A stretch of DNA of 53,496 bases from an uncultured Alphaproteobacteria bacterium (GTDB lineage Bacteria > Pseudomonadota > Alphaproteobacteria > RF32 > CAG-239). The position numbers were made by a program, and so were the translations under genes. Below, piece after piece: positions 29,108 to 38,954 of this stretch. The notes below the pieces were generated by a model. That model made no database searches and was not told the origin of the DNA. It worked only from the letters and a program-made list of their open reading frames with translations. The number at the start of each line of letters is the position of its first letter. Position 1 is the first letter of the stretch. The stretch covers positions 1 through 53,496 of the forward strand of contig CALXWI010000003.1 in NCBI GenBank assembly GCA_944392325.1, in the 5' to 3' direction.

Positions 29108-30217
29108 TCAATCAATTTTAGATATCAGGTATTCAATATCTTTGCGGTCAAGCTCGTCCTCGGCATTGGAGTAAGAGAGAATACGCTCGATGACTTTATG
29201 CGAGAAGGTTTGGCTGTTAGAATTCTTCATATCAAAACGGATGTCTTTGATGACTTTTAAGGCGCTGAATACTGCAGGAAATAGGTTCTTGGGAATGAAG
29301 GCCTTGCGCAAAAGGTTGCGGATGACAAAGTCTACTTGAGTATTAAACAAAATTTTGCGGACTTCGGTTATCGGTGTGTTGGACAAGTAAACAATTGAGT
29401 ACTCAAAAAACTTGAGGTCACCCATACAGATAGCGCGGACAACCAAAGACGGGGTCAGCTTGTTGGAGCTGTAAAGCTCATGGACAAGCTCTTCAATTTG
29501 TTTATCGGAGCTGTATTCGGCCGAGACTTTTAAGGTGGCTTTTTCTTTGACTTCTTCAATAATATCAGAGGCGATATCTGCCGGAAGGTTATGGGTCAAA
29601 ATTAAACGCTTTTGCAGTTCTTCTGATAAATGTTGGATTAAGCGAGAGATAACCGTGACCGGAAGTTCTGAACGATAAACCAGACAGCGTTTGACATTTT
29701 CGCTGGAAGAGTATTTATCCAAGATGTTTTGGTAAGTCTTTTCATAGATGTTGGCGGAGTTGTTGGAAATTAGTGTAATCACAACATCTTCGGAGCATTT
29801 GTCGACAATATAGGCCGAGACGTCGTTGGATAAGTTGCGGCGTTGGGCTACGGCTTTTTGCTTGTCGATGTTTTGGGCATTAAGAATGCCGATTAAGTCA
29901 GAATCTTTAAGGTCTTCGTAGTATTTGATAAACGGAATCGAAACGCTGTTTTCGTCATGGATGAGTTTGTTGACGATGTCGTTTGGAATATTGCGGCTCT
30001 TTTTTAAGCATTCAGCAAGGATTTGGCGGACGCTGATTTCAACATCTTCAACCATAATGCGGAAGATGTCTTCAGCAAGTTTGCGTTCTCCTAAAGAGAT
30101 GTTGGGCATATTGTACAGAGTAGAAAGCTTTTGTGCCGTAGAGATTTTGTTTTCAGCAGAACGGCTGACCGAAAGCTTGATGACGTCTTCTCTGGATAGT
30201 TGCTTGTTATTCTGCAT
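29108..30217 (-). CDS. DUF2336 domain protein
   Basis: ERKLAEDIFRIMVED..VRQILAE, AVAQR, GDLKFFE..L pattern of alphaproteobacterial DUF2336. Confidence 0.8.
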   Translation of the reverse strand: MQNNKQLSREDVIKLSVSRSAENKISTAQKLSTLYNMPNISLGERKLAEDIFRIMVEDVEISVRQILAECLKKSRNIPNDIVNKLIHDENSVSIPFIKYYEDLKDSDLIGILNAQNIDKQKAVAQRRNLSNDVSAYIVDKCSEDVVITLISNNSANIYEKTYQNILDKYSSSENVKRCLVYRSELPVTVISRLIQHLSEELQKRLILTHNLPADIASDIIEEVKEKATLKVSAEYSSDKQIEELVHELYSSNKLTPSLVVRAICMGDLKFFEYSIVYLSNTPITEVRKILFNTQVDFVIRNLLRKAFIPKNLFPAVFSALKVIKDIRFDMKNSNSQTFSHKVIERILSYSNAEDELDRKDIEYLISKID

Positions 30218-30279
30218 GGTTTTTGATTCCGTTTGTTTGACCTACTTTCTATAATATACTATTATGTGATAAATTTTCA

Positions 30280-31194
30280 TTAATTTTTTGTTACATTTAC
30301 GGAAGGCTGTGAGTCTTTGGGGAGGTTTGGGGTAAAATGGGCGTAGCGGTCGATATCTTCCAGGCGATAAAAAGTGATGGTATAGTCCAGTAATCCGGCA
30401 AAGTTAGGCAGGGCTGAGGCAAAAATCAAATACGGGGATAAAAAACGGCCGCTCAAAGTTTGGTTACGTTGACGGAGGTTGCGGCGTGCATTACGGAACT
30501 CTTGATAATCAATTGAAGAGTTGAGCTTTAAGGCAAAGTCGGTCATGGAAGATTGCAATGAAGGGTAGATTTTGATGCGGTAGGAATCGTCTTGAGTTTC
30601 ATCACGGGGTTTTAAACCATCATTGCTGTACCAGTTCAAACTGCGGTAGAGGTTGTTGCTTAAGGGCAAGAAATAGGCTTCGCCCCAGTTGGTATTGATG
30701 GCGGCAGTTGCCAGCAGAATCGATGGTGGGATGATGTCAATTTTGTTTTGGAGCTCGTTTAAAATCAGCTCGTATTTTTGTGGAGCCGATAAGCGGGTGA
30801 AGATATCGTATTTGTCGGCAAGGTGCTCAATGAGGTTAATATCAGAGGCATCAAGCTGATTTTGTTGATATTTGTGGAGGAGGTAGTCAGCCACCAGACG
30901 CTCTTTGGCGATATCTTGATTGGTTTGCAAGGCCAAAGGCAAAAGCAGCATCAGAAAAAATTTGTGGCGCTGCTCGGGAGATTTGATGGTGGTAAAATCT
31001 TGAGGGAAGTCTTGGATAAATACGCGGGGATAAGCGTAATCAGGCGGAAGAAGGTAATTGGTGTAAGCAAGGGTTTTGAACTCTTGCTCAATGGCAAAAG
31101 AGCTTTGAGGCTTGGCAGAGGCCGAGAATCCGCTCTTGGGGCAGATGATGAAAAAAGTTGCCAAAAGGGCGGATATCAGGGGGCTAAGCTTCAT
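30280..31194 (-). CDS. Bax-like glucosaminidase-domain protein (exported; catalytic motif degenerate)
   Basis: KFF..LLP, IDIIPPSILLATAAINTNWG, NNLY, LNS...Y.EFR..R. Confidence 0.7.
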   Translation of the reverse strand: MKLSPLISALLATFFIICPKSGFSASAKPQSSFAIEQEFKTLAYTNYLLPPDYAYPRVFIQDFPQDFTTIKSPEQRHKFFLMLLLPLALQTNQDIAKERLVADYLLHKYQQNQLDASDINLIEHLADKYDIFTRLSAPQKYELILNELQNKIDIIPPSILLATAAINTNWGEAYFLPLSNNLYRSLNWYSNDGLKPRDETQDDSYRIKIYPSLQSSMTDFALKLNSSIDYQEFRNARRNLRQRNQTLSGRFLSPYLIFASALPNFAGLLDYTITFYRLEDIDRYAHFTPNLPKDSQPSVNVTKN

Positions 31195-31723
31195 AATTTT
31201 CAACGGATTTGATTTCGGGGATATAAGTTTTGAGGACTTTTTCAACTCCTTCTTTCAGCGTTATCATGGCATAGGGGCAGCCGGCGCAGTTGCCTTGCAA
31301 CTCAACGTAGACAATGCCGTTTTCGTATTTGCGGAAGGCAATGTCGCCGCCATCTTGTTTGACTGCAGGACGAATGCGAGCATTGAGCAAACCAATGACT
31401 TTGGCGATAGTCTCACTGTCATCAGCGGGAGCGTTGGTGTTGACCAGAGCATCGGTTCCGGTAGCTAAAAAGTCCATTATCTCAGCCAAAATCTGGGGCT
31501 TGAGATCATCCCACGAGGCTGATGAATCCTTGGTGACGGAAACCATATCAGTAGTGATGAAAACTGAGGAGATGCCGCCAAGGTCAAAAATTTGCTCAGC
31601 TAAAGGGGATTTGCGCAAGGTTTTGGCATCGCTGAACTCGGCTTTGCCCTGAGAGGTGAGCGGAGCATCAGGAAAAAAGTTGAGGACGTTGGCGTCCGGA
31701 GTGGTTTGAGTTTCAATAAGCAT
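31184..31723 (-). CDS. NifU/NFU1 family Fe-S cluster carrier
   Basis: IETQTTPDANVLNF, IRPAVKQDGGDI, GNCAGCP, TLKEGVE. Confidence 0.92.
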   Translation of the reverse strand: MLIETQTTPDANVLNFFPDAPLTSQGKAEFSDAKTLRKSPLAEQIFDLGGISSVFITTDMVSVTKDSSASWDDLKPQILAEIMDFLATGTDALVNTNAPADDSETIAKVIGLLNARIRPAVKQDGGDIAFRKYENGIVYVELQGNCAGCPYAMITLKEGVEKVLKTYIPEIKSVENYEA

Positions 31724-31725
31724 AG

Positions 31726-32760
31726 TTATTTGGTGTCCTTGTTGTGAGGGGTGTTGAGCAGGCTGTCAATTTTATAGATAGTATTTTGCGCCTTGAGCAG
31801 ATAAGCGTTGAGGTAGCTCAAATGGTTGGGGGCAAAGGAGCTGTTGAGTTCACCATTGCGGACAATGGTGGGGGAAAGCTCTGCGGCATTACGCAGGGCA
31901 TTGAGCAAGATGGTCCAGTCCTCATAGGCTCCGCGTTCGACAATGATTTGTTGATAATCTTTGCCGAGAGCCTTCAAAAACAGGAAAAATCCGTAAGCTT
32001 GTCCTTGATTGTAATAAAACACGTTGTCAGCTTGAGTATCAAACCAGTCGGTATTGTGTTCGCGAATCTGGGTGCTGAGAGATTTTTCGGCTTGGCCTAA
32101 ACCAAGAGCAATTTTGTGAAGAAAGTACTGCAAGTCTTCAGCCGAGCGATAAAATATCAGCCCGCGGTTGAGGAGTGCCTCGTTATACTTAATCAGATAG
32201 CGGCGTGCCTTGCGGTATTGTTTGGTGGAAGAAGGTGCCGGTCGGAGCTTGTTGTCCGGAGAAAACATCCAAACGGTGCCGGGGTAGTTGAGTAACTCGG
32301 CAGCCTTGAGCAAGTAGTTGGGGGTAGTATCGTCTTTTATTGGCGGAGTAAGGCGATGAGCCATAGCGTTGATGCCAATTTGCTGCGACTTGATAATCCC
32401 TTGTTGGAAAGAGGGCATATTGTCCAGAAAATAAGAAGGGTAGAAAAACGGCAGATTGGCAGTCCAGAGTTTGTCGTTGACCTCCCGATTGATAAGAAAA
32501 GAGCTTAGCTCAACTGCGGCGGATTGCTCCGGATGGGCAAGTTCGATTTCGTATTCGGTATTGGTGTCGATATGATGAATGATATATCCGCCCAAGGGGT
32601 AGTAGAGCAAGAACACTAAAAGAATGGCAATGGTTAAAAGATGCCACCAGGATTGCAGAAAAAGCGCCAGACTGCGGGTGGGTTTCCATTGAGCCAAGCG
32701 GGAGCGACGTAAGCGCTCGCTTAAAGTATGCAGCAGGTTATGCAGAGATTGTTTATCCAT
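31726..32760 (-). CDS. DUF2333 family protein
   Basis: WTANLPFFYP..FLDNMPSFQQGI, QADNVFY...G motifs. Confidence 0.75.
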   Translation of the reverse strand: MDKQSLHNLLHTLSERLRRSRLAQWKPTRSLALFLQSWWHLLTIAILLVFLLYYPLGGYIIHHIDTNTEYEIELAHPEQSAAVELSSFLINREVNDKLWTANLPFFYPSYFLDNMPSFQQGIIKSQQIGINAMAHRLTPPIKDDTTPNYLLKAAELLNYPGTVWMFSPDNKLRPAPSSTKQYRKARRYLIKYNEALLNRGLIFYRSAEDLQYFLHKIALGLGQAEKSLSTQIREHNTDWFDTQADNVFYYNQGQAYGFFLFLKALGKDYQQIIVERGAYEDWTILLNALRNAAELSPTIVRNGELNSSFAPNHLSYLNAYLLKAQNTIYKIDSLLNTPHNKDTK

Positions 32761-34336
32761 GTTGTTTGCCTTTGTTGGGAAGAAAATGTTTGATGTCTTG
32801 CCAATTTAGTATACCGGTTAGTTTAGCCATAATTGCAAAACTTGCAACACCCAAAATGCAAATCAGCCCTAAAATTCCGGTCTTGAACCAAAAAGATGAT
32901 TGCATCCAATTGGTAAATAAGCTATCAGCACCGCGGAGGCTGAAGTATAGCACAACACCCATAACCAAGCTGGAAAAGGTGATTTTGACCAGCTTGATGG
33001 CTAAAGCGCGCTCAAAGCTCCAATAACCACGCTTTTTTAAGCCATAAATATATTGACCGGCAGAGATAACGGCAGCAATCGAGGTGGAGGCGGCAACGCC
33101 AACATGGCCGAGAGGCTTAATTAAAAGCAGAGCAAAGACGACGTTGCTGATGAGGGCGACAATGCTGTATTTGACCGGAGTTTTGGTGTCACCGCGGGCA
33201 AAAAAGTTGGGGGTGAGGGCTTTGGCCAAAACATATACCGGAAGCCCGAAAGAATAGGCAATGACCGCGAGGGCCGTCATCTCGGTCTCATAGCTACCGA
33301 AACGTCCGCGTTCAAATAAAATATTGACCATTGGGGCGGACAAAACAATCAGGGCGACAGCAGAGGGAATCGAAAACAAGGCACCGTATTCAACCGCGCG
33401 GTTTTGGGTGTGAGCGGCCTCAGTTAAGGCTCCGCTTTTGATACTTTTGGATAAAATCGGCAGCAGAGCTACGCTGATGGCGGCGCCGATAACCCCTAAG
33501 GGGAGCTGCTGCAGGCGGTTGGCGTAATAAAGCCACGAGATGGCACCGGTACCGACAAAGGAAACCAAAATAGTGTCTATCATCATATTAATTTGATAAA
33601 CACCGGCGCCTAAAACTCCGGGGCCAATGCGGCGGAAAAGGGTGCGGATATCGGCGTTTTTGAGCAGTTGAAACAGCTTGAAATCCAGATGAAGGCGAAC
33701 CCCTAAACGGCGCAGAAACCACCAGAGCCAAGCAATCTCAACCACGCCGGCAAGGCAGACGCTCCATGATAAGTTGAGAACCGGAGAATCCCAAAAAGGA
33801 ACTGAGACAAAAACCGCACCGGTCATCATTAAATTGAGGATGATGGGGGCGGCGGCCGGAGCGGCAAATTTGTTGTGGGCATTAAGAATGCCGGACTGAA
33901 AAGACACTACCGAGACAAATAATAAAAATGGAAAAGTAATGCGTGAGAGCTCGGTCGCCAGAGCAATTTTGGCGGGGTCGTTGATGAAACCGGGGGCCAT
34001 TAAGCGGACAAGGTCATCCATAAAAACCTCAACCACAAACACAAATATCACCAGTACAATGCTTAAGACCGAGATGGCGCGGGAGGCAAAAGCAGAGGCG
34101 GCGTCCTCCCCTTCGGAGACCATCTTTTGGGAGAGAATCGGTACAAAGGCTGAGGTAAAAGCCCCCTCTGCAAAAAGGCTGCGGAACAGGTTGGGGAGTT
34201 TGAAGGCCACGAAAAACGCGTCGGCGACCATACCGGCTCCTAAAAACTTGGCCAGAACCATATCACGGACGAATCCGGTGATGCGGCTGAGAAGAGTGAA
34301 TCCGCCAAAGGTGGCTACCGATTTGAAAAGTGACAT
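32753..34336 (-). CDS. murJ: Lipid II flippase MurJ (start placed at MSLFKS)
   Basis: SRITGFVRD, AFKLPNLFR..FAEGAF, YANRLQQLPLG, DTKTPV. Confidence 0.95.
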   Translation of the reverse strand: MSLFKSVATFGGFTLLSRITGFVRDMVLAKFLGAGMVADAFFVAFKLPNLFRSLFAEGAFTSAFVPILSQKMVSEGEDAASAFASRAISVLSIVLVIFVFVVEVFMDDLVRLMAPGFINDPAKIALATELSRITFPFLLFVSVVSFQSGILNAHNKFAAPAAAPIILNLMMTGAVFVSVPFWDSPVLNLSWSVCLAGVVEIAWLWWFLRRLGVRLHLDFKLFQLLKNADIRTLFRRIGPGVLGAGVYQINMMIDTILVSFVGTGAISWLYYANRLQQLPLGVIGAAISVALLPILSKSIKSGALTEAAHTQNRAVEYGALFSIPSAVALIVLSAPMVNILFERGRFGSYETEMTALAVIAYSFGLPVYVLAKALTPNFFARGDTKTPVKYSIVALISNVVFALLLIKPLGHVGVAASTSIAAVISAGQYIYGLKKRGYWSFERALAIKLVKITFSSLVMGVVLYFSLRGADSLFTNWMQSSFWFKTGILGLICILGVASFAIMAKLTGILNWQDIKHFLPNKGKQHG

Positions 34337-34550
34337 AAGAATTTTTCCGTTAATTGGTAAGTTTTGTTGTTTTATTAAGTATTCTTTATAAAATTGAGCA
34401 TATAATATCTTAAAAATAAATACAATAGGCTTAAAAAAGTGCAAATTTTTTGCTTATTTGATGTTTTTTATAGTTGACAAAGATAATTTTAGTTGCGATA
34501 ATAGACAAAAGAAGAGATAGCAATAACAAAAAAAATTCAGGAGATAAGTT

Positions 34551-34916
34551 ATGTCAGTGCTTAATAAGAAAAATACTGCCGAGGTATTTAAGGAAGGGGA
34601 CAGAAAAGCCTTCTTTATGAAAGGCGGCGCAAGTATTATTGCTTCAGCCTCAGTCAAGGAAGCTGATGCGCAGAAGTCTTTGATTGCTAATAAAGTTTTG
34701 GCAGCAGGTGGTAAAAGCTGGAGTGGTGAGTTGAAGTCAGCTCAGGCTGACAAGTCGCTCTATGCTAATAAAGCTATGGCTCAGGCCAAGTATTTGGGCG
34801 GCAATAAAATGTCAGAAGTTTCAGCTGAATTGGCTGCCAGAGTGGTTGAGGCTGCGGAGAAAGAAGCTGCTTTGCAGAATGTGGTTTTGAAGCAAAAAGC
34901 CGGTGCTGAAAGATAG
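34551..34916 (+). CDS. Hypothetical Ala/Lys-rich protein with internal duplication
   Basis: AGGAG SD; repeats ADAQKSLIANK / AQADKSLYANK; own terminator at 34969-35001. Confidence 0.75.
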   Translation: MSVLNKKNTAEVFKEGDRKAFFMKGGASIIASASVKEADAQKSLIANKVLAAGGKSWSGELKSAQADKSLYANKAMAQAKYLGGNKMSEVSAELAARVVEAAEKEAALQNVVLKQKAGAER

Positions 34917-35060
34917 TGGCATTTTTATTATTAAAAGTTATTGATTAGGGCATAACTTAAATAAAATTAAGCGGGCAGGAGTGAAATCCTGCTCGTTTTT
35001 TATGCAAAAAAAACAAGCGTCCGGCTGTTTGATGAGCGGGGCGCTTGTGTGGCAAAAGTC

Positions 35061-35231
35061 TCAGGAGTGTTTGAGCTCGTGAGGAGGGGCGTTGCGGGCG
35101 GTCTTGAGTTCATAGAGAATCGAGGCCCAAACGATGGTGTAAATGACGCCTAACCATGCTTTCCACCAGATTAAAAAGGCACAGAAAGCAACCAATACGG
35201 CAATCCAAAATAAAATGTAAAACTGTTTCAT
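35061..35231 (-). CDS. Small membrane protein (56 aa), not in ORF track
   Basis: MKQFYILFWIAVLVAFCAFLIWWKAWLGVIYTIVWASILYELK...; ATGA overlap with upstream small ORF. Confidence 0.6.
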   Translation of the reverse strand: MKQFYILFWIAVLVAFCAFLIWWKAWLGVIYTIVWASILYELKTARNAPPHELKHS

Positions 35232-35338
35232 AAGCGTTTGTTTTTATGGTTATGACAACGTTTTTTTTGAAAATAGTGGCATTTGGCCCAGATTAGCGCG
35301 ATGCCGACAACTAAGATTAAGAAAATAATATATCCCAT
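35228..35338 (-). CDS. Small single-TM protein (36 aa), not in ORF track
   Basis: MGYIIFLILVVGIALIWAKCHYFQKKRCHNHKNKRL*; stop overlaps next start. Confidence 0.5.
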   Translation of the reverse strand: MGYIIFLILVVGIALIWAKCHYFQKKRCHNHKNKRL

Positions 35339-35417
35339 AATATGAAAAAATTATATGTTTATGGGATGGAGTTTACATCTTTTTGGACAAAAATGCAAGA
35401 GAAATTTAGCGGTAAAA

Positions 35418-36071
35418 TTAATTGCTCTGGGTGCTGAAAGAGGCAATCTCAGCACGGAGGTCTTCTAAGCCGAGGTTTTTCTCGGAGCTGGTGGCGATAA
35501 TCTCCGGATAAGCGGCAGCGTGGTTCTTGAGCTCTTGGTGGAGTTTTTGCTCAAAGGAGGAAAGCTGATTGGTGCTGATTTTATCAATCTTGGTTAAAAC
35601 AAGTTGGTAGGTTACGGCCGCCTTGTCTAACATTTCCATAACCTCGGTATCAACTTTTTTAAGTCCGTGGCGGGAATCTATCAGCAGAAAAACACGCTGC
35701 AAATTGACCCTGCCGCGGAGGTAGTCAAAAATAAGCTGCTGCCATTGTTTGACCATGGATTCCGGTGCCTCGGCATAGCCGTAACCGGGGAGGTCTACCA
35801 AGTGGAGCTTATCATTAAGGTTAAAATAGTTGAGCTGTTGAGTGCGCCCCGGAGTATTGGAGGTCTTGGCAAGTTTTTTTTGATTAAAAAGGGCATTAAT
35901 AATGCTCGATTTGCCAACATTGGAACGGCCGGCAAAGGCGACCTCGGGTAAATCAGTCAACGGAAGTTGCGACAGTTTGGCCACGCTCAGCACAAAGCTA
36001 ACCGGTTGGCGAAAAAGCTCATTGCCGGCTTGGCGGCGGGCGAGGGCTAAACTGTCGGCTTCTGTTGGCAT
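35418..36071 (-). CDS. engB: Ribosome biogenesis GTPase YihA/EngB
   Basis: GRSNVGKSS, TPGRT, DLPGYG, TKID. Confidence 0.95.
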   Translation of the reverse strand: MPTEADSLALARRQAGNELFRQPVSFVLSVAKLSQLPLTDLPEVAFAGRSNVGKSSIINALFNQKKLAKTSNTPGRTQQLNYFNLNDKLHLVDLPGYGYAEAPESMVKQWQQLIFDYLRGRVNLQRVFLLIDSRHGLKKVDTEVMEMLDKAAVTYQLVLTKIDKISTNQLSSFEQKLHQELKNHAAAYPEIIATSSEKNLGLEDLRAEIASFSTQSN

Positions 36072-36072
36072 A

Positions 36073-37740
36073 TTAGACTCCGTGTTTTCTCATAATTGCT
36101 TTTTGTTGAATGATGGAGAGAATGTTGCTTAAGGTCCAGTAGATGACTAAACCGGAAGCAAAATGACCCAGCATAAACATAAAAATCAGCGGCAAAAGGG
36201 CAAACATACGCGCTTGGTCTTTGTTGGTGGGCGCCGGATTGAGCTTTTGCTGAATATACATGGTGATACCCATAATTATCGGCCAAACACCAATATCAAG
36301 CAAGCCGGGAATCGGCAGATGGGTGATGACGGATAAGGTCAAGGGGTCTGGGGCTGAGAGGTCTTTTATCCAGCCGATGAACGGAGCATGGCGAATCTCA
36401 ATGGCGATATTCAAAACTTTATACAGCGAGAAGAATACCGGAATTTGGATTAACAATGGCAAGCAACCGGCCGCAGGGTTGATTTTTTCCTTACGGTAGA
36501 GTTCCATAGTTTCTTGCTGGAGTTTCATTTTATCATCGCCGTAGCGTTCCTGCAGGGTTTGCAGTTTGGGCTGCAGTTTCTTCATCTTCGACATACTCTC
36601 ATAAGACTTGCCGGCAATTGGGTACATAGCCAATCTCAGCAAGGCGGCAAATAGCAGAATTGCCCAGCCCATATTGCCAATGAGGTTATAGAGAAAATCA
36701 AGAATATAGAAAAACGGTTTGGTAAGGAAGTAGTACCAGCCAAAGTCAACGGCTAAGTCAAACTTGGGAATACCAAGCTTTTTGGCGTAGCGATCCAAAA
36801 GTTTGATTTCTTTGGCGCCGGCAAAAAAGCGGAGGTCGTTGCTGCCAATGCCACCGGCCGGAATGGTAGCGGCTTGGCCAAGGTAGTCAACCTGATAAGT
36901 GTTGCCGTCAAGGTTGCGGACTTTGATGTTGCCGGTTTGGGAATTGTTTAAGATAAAGGCGCTAAACCAATAGCGGTCGGAAAAACCAGTCCAGCCGCCG
37001 GTGGTGGTGAAGTCTTGGCTCTCACCTTGGTCGAGGTCTTTGTATTTGACCTCGTGCAGGGTGTCATCCATTACACCGCTGATGCCCTCATGGACAACGC
37101 TAGCCGAGCTGTTGCTCAAATCGGGCGTACGGGCAATCATCCCATAAGGATAGAGGGTGATGTTGCGGCCGGAGTTGTTCTCAACATTATCGCTGATTTT
37201 GAACATATAATTATCATCAACCGAGATAATGCGGACAAAGCGCAGTCCTTGTCCGTTGTCCCATTCAAGCGTGATGGGAGACTCAGGAGTGAGTTCAGAG
37301 CCTTTGAGGTTCCAGATAGTATTAGAATTAGGGAGTTTGAGCTTGGGGTCATTACTGAGCCAGCCAAACTCGGCATAATAAGGGTGAGCAGTTTGGCTTG
37401 GGCTTAAGAGTTCAACATCGGGGCTGTCAGAAGACAGGGTTTGTTTGTATTTATCAAGCAAGATGTCATCAAAACGGGCGCCTTTGAGGCTGATGGAGCC
37501 GCTGATGGAACTGTTGCTAAGCTTAACTCTGGGGGTTTTAGCTAAAGCTTGAGTGCTGTCTAAGGGTTGAGCGGGAGTTTGCTCATGGGCAGCAAGCGGT
37601 GCTGATTGGATGCTCTCAGGTGCAGTCAACGGAGCTTCAGGCTGAGTGGCCGGAAACAAATAGCCGCTGATGATGACAATGGCAACAGAAAGGATTATTG
37701 CCCAAATCAGGCCTTTAGGATTGTTATTTTCTTCTTCCAT
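36073..37740 (-). CDS. yidC: Membrane protein insertase YidC
   Basis: VDFGW, GCLPLLIQIPVFF, WIKDLSAPDP, GLVIYW. Confidence 0.96.
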   Translation of the reverse strand: MEEENNNPKGLIWAIILSVAIVIISGYLFPATQPEAPLTAPESIQSAPLAAHEQTPAQPLDSTQALAKTPRVKLSNSSISGSISLKGARFDDILLDKYKQTLSSDSPDVELLSPSQTAHPYYAEFGWLSNDPKLKLPNSNTIWNLKGSELTPESPITLEWDNGQGLRFVRIISVDDNYMFKISDNVENNSGRNITLYPYGMIARTPDLSNSSASVVHEGISGVMDDTLHEVKYKDLDQGESQDFTTTGGWTGFSDRYWFSAFILNNSQTGNIKVRNLDGNTYQVDYLGQAATIPAGGIGSNDLRFFAGAKEIKLLDRYAKKLGIPKFDLAVDFGWYYFLTKPFFYILDFLYNLIGNMGWAILLFAALLRLAMYPIAGKSYESMSKMKKLQPKLQTLQERYGDDKMKLQQETMELYRKEKINPAAGCLPLLIQIPVFFSLYKVLNIAIEIRHAPFIGWIKDLSAPDPLTLSVITHLPIPGLLDIGVWPIIMGITMYIQQKLNPAPTNKDQARMFALLPLIFMFMLGHFASGLVIYWTLSNILSIIQQKAIMRKHGV

Positions 37741-37830
37741 GAGTACTCCAGTTCATAAAAAATATTATTATATAGGCTAATATTATGTAATCTACTTTTG
37801 GCGGAAAGGCAAGTGAAACTTTGCCCCTGT

Positions 37831-38079
37831 TTAAGCCTTGGGTGGTTGGTGATGCTCTTTGGGCGGGACTGGATCGTAGCCTGAGCCTCCCAATGGGTGG
37901 CAGCGCAGTAGGCGGCGAATGCCCAGATATAAGCCTTTGCATAGACCGTGGGTGCGGATGGCCTCAATCATATATTGGGAGCAAGTGGGCCGGAAGCGGC
38001 ATACTCCGGGGAACAAAGGGGAAATAAATTTTTGGTAAAATCTAATGCTGAGAATCAGCAGGCGGGACAGCGGGTTCAT
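37831..38079 (-). CDS. yidD: Membrane protein insertion efficiency factor YidD
   Basis: [25 protein letters not shown]. Confidence 0.95.
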   Translation of the reverse strand: MNPLSRLLILSIRFYQKFISPLFPGVCRFRPTCSQYMIEAIRTHGLCKGLYLGIRRLLRCHPLGGSGYDPVPPKEHHQPPKA

Positions 38080-38443
38080 TAGCGGTGTCTTCTTGCGGGC
38101 GAAAAGTTTTGGTTAGTTTTTTGACGGCATAGAGCGCATCTTTGCGGAGCTCATCAAAAGGGCAGCCGGCGGTAGAATAGCGGCCAATCAAAACATAAGT
38201 AAAGCCATCAAGGGCATAATGAGGGAAAATCTCGCGGACAATGGCTCGTAAACGGCGGCGAGCGAGGTTGCGGATGTGGGCTTTACCAAGCTTTTTGGTA
38301 GTGGTGTAGCCAACATAAGTGACTAAATCTTGAGCAGATTTGTTTTGAGCCGCCAATATAGTGACGTTGCGGGTTGTAATCCGCTGTCCTTTAGAGGCGG
38401 CTCTGACAAAATCTTTACGTTTTTTTAGAGTGCAAATTTCCAT
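38042..38443 (-). CDS. rnpA: Ribonuclease P protein component
   Basis: [30 protein letters not shown]; between rpmH and yidD. Confidence 0.93.
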   Translation of the reverse strand: MEICTLKKRKDFVRAASKGQRITTRNVTILAAQNKSAQDLVTYVGYTTTKKLGKAHIRNLARRRLRAIVREIFPHYALDGFTYVLIGRYSTAGCPFDELRKDALYAVKKLTKTFRPQEDTANEPAVPPADSQH

Positions 38444-38455
38444 TGCCAAACAGCT

Positions 38456-38590
38456 TTAGGCGGAAAGTTTAGCACGTCCTCTGGCGCGACGGGCGGCCAA
38501 AACTTTGCGGCCGTTTTTAGTAGCCATACGAGCACGAAAACCATGACGGCGGGCTCTTACCAATTTACTTGGTTGATAAGTACGTTTCAT
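38456..38590 (-). CDS. rpmH: 50S ribosomal protein L34 (not in ORF track)
   Basis: Manual translation [44 protein letters not shown]. Confidence 0.97.
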   Translation of the reverse strand: MKRTYQPSKLVRARRHGFRARMATKNGRKVLAARRARGRAKLSA

Positions 38591-38919
38591 AACATTTCTC
38601 CGGTTAAATGGGAGGCCTAAGGCCTCGGTTATTATTATATTTATTTAAGTCTGCCAAAGGGCAGGCCTCGGAACGTTATGAGGTATATAGTTTTTTTTAT
38701 CTTTTGTCAACAAAAAACTGTGGAGAATGGCCAATTGGGGTGTCAACTGCTTTAGTCGCTGCCGCTTCTTTGCAGGTTAACAAACCTTCGCCTGTCGGCG
38801 AAAAACAATACACCGGATTGTTTTTCTATTCCAGCTCTACTAAGAGAGAGGACGCTGTGACTTGTTCCTTTTTTTCCTTATATTGAAAATCCAAAATTCG
38901 TGATTACATCAAAAACAGC

Positions 38920-38948
38920 TTGCGAAAGTTCTCTTATTGTGGTATTCT
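38920..38948 (+). promoter_or_regulatory. Sigma70-type promoter for leader RNA and Cys-rich gene
   Basis: TTGCGA-N17-TATTCT with extended -10 TG, 6 nt before leader P1. Confidence 0.6.
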
Positions 38949-38954
38949 GTTGAG

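Noticed and set aside
38787-38826. Overlapping hairpins TTCGCC/GGCGAA and GAAAAACAAT/ATTGTTTTTC
   Set aside because: Single occurrence in the window; cannot support a repeat or RNA call.
38591-38920. oriC upstream of rpmH
   Set aside because: No dnaA gene and no TTATCCACA box cluster seen.
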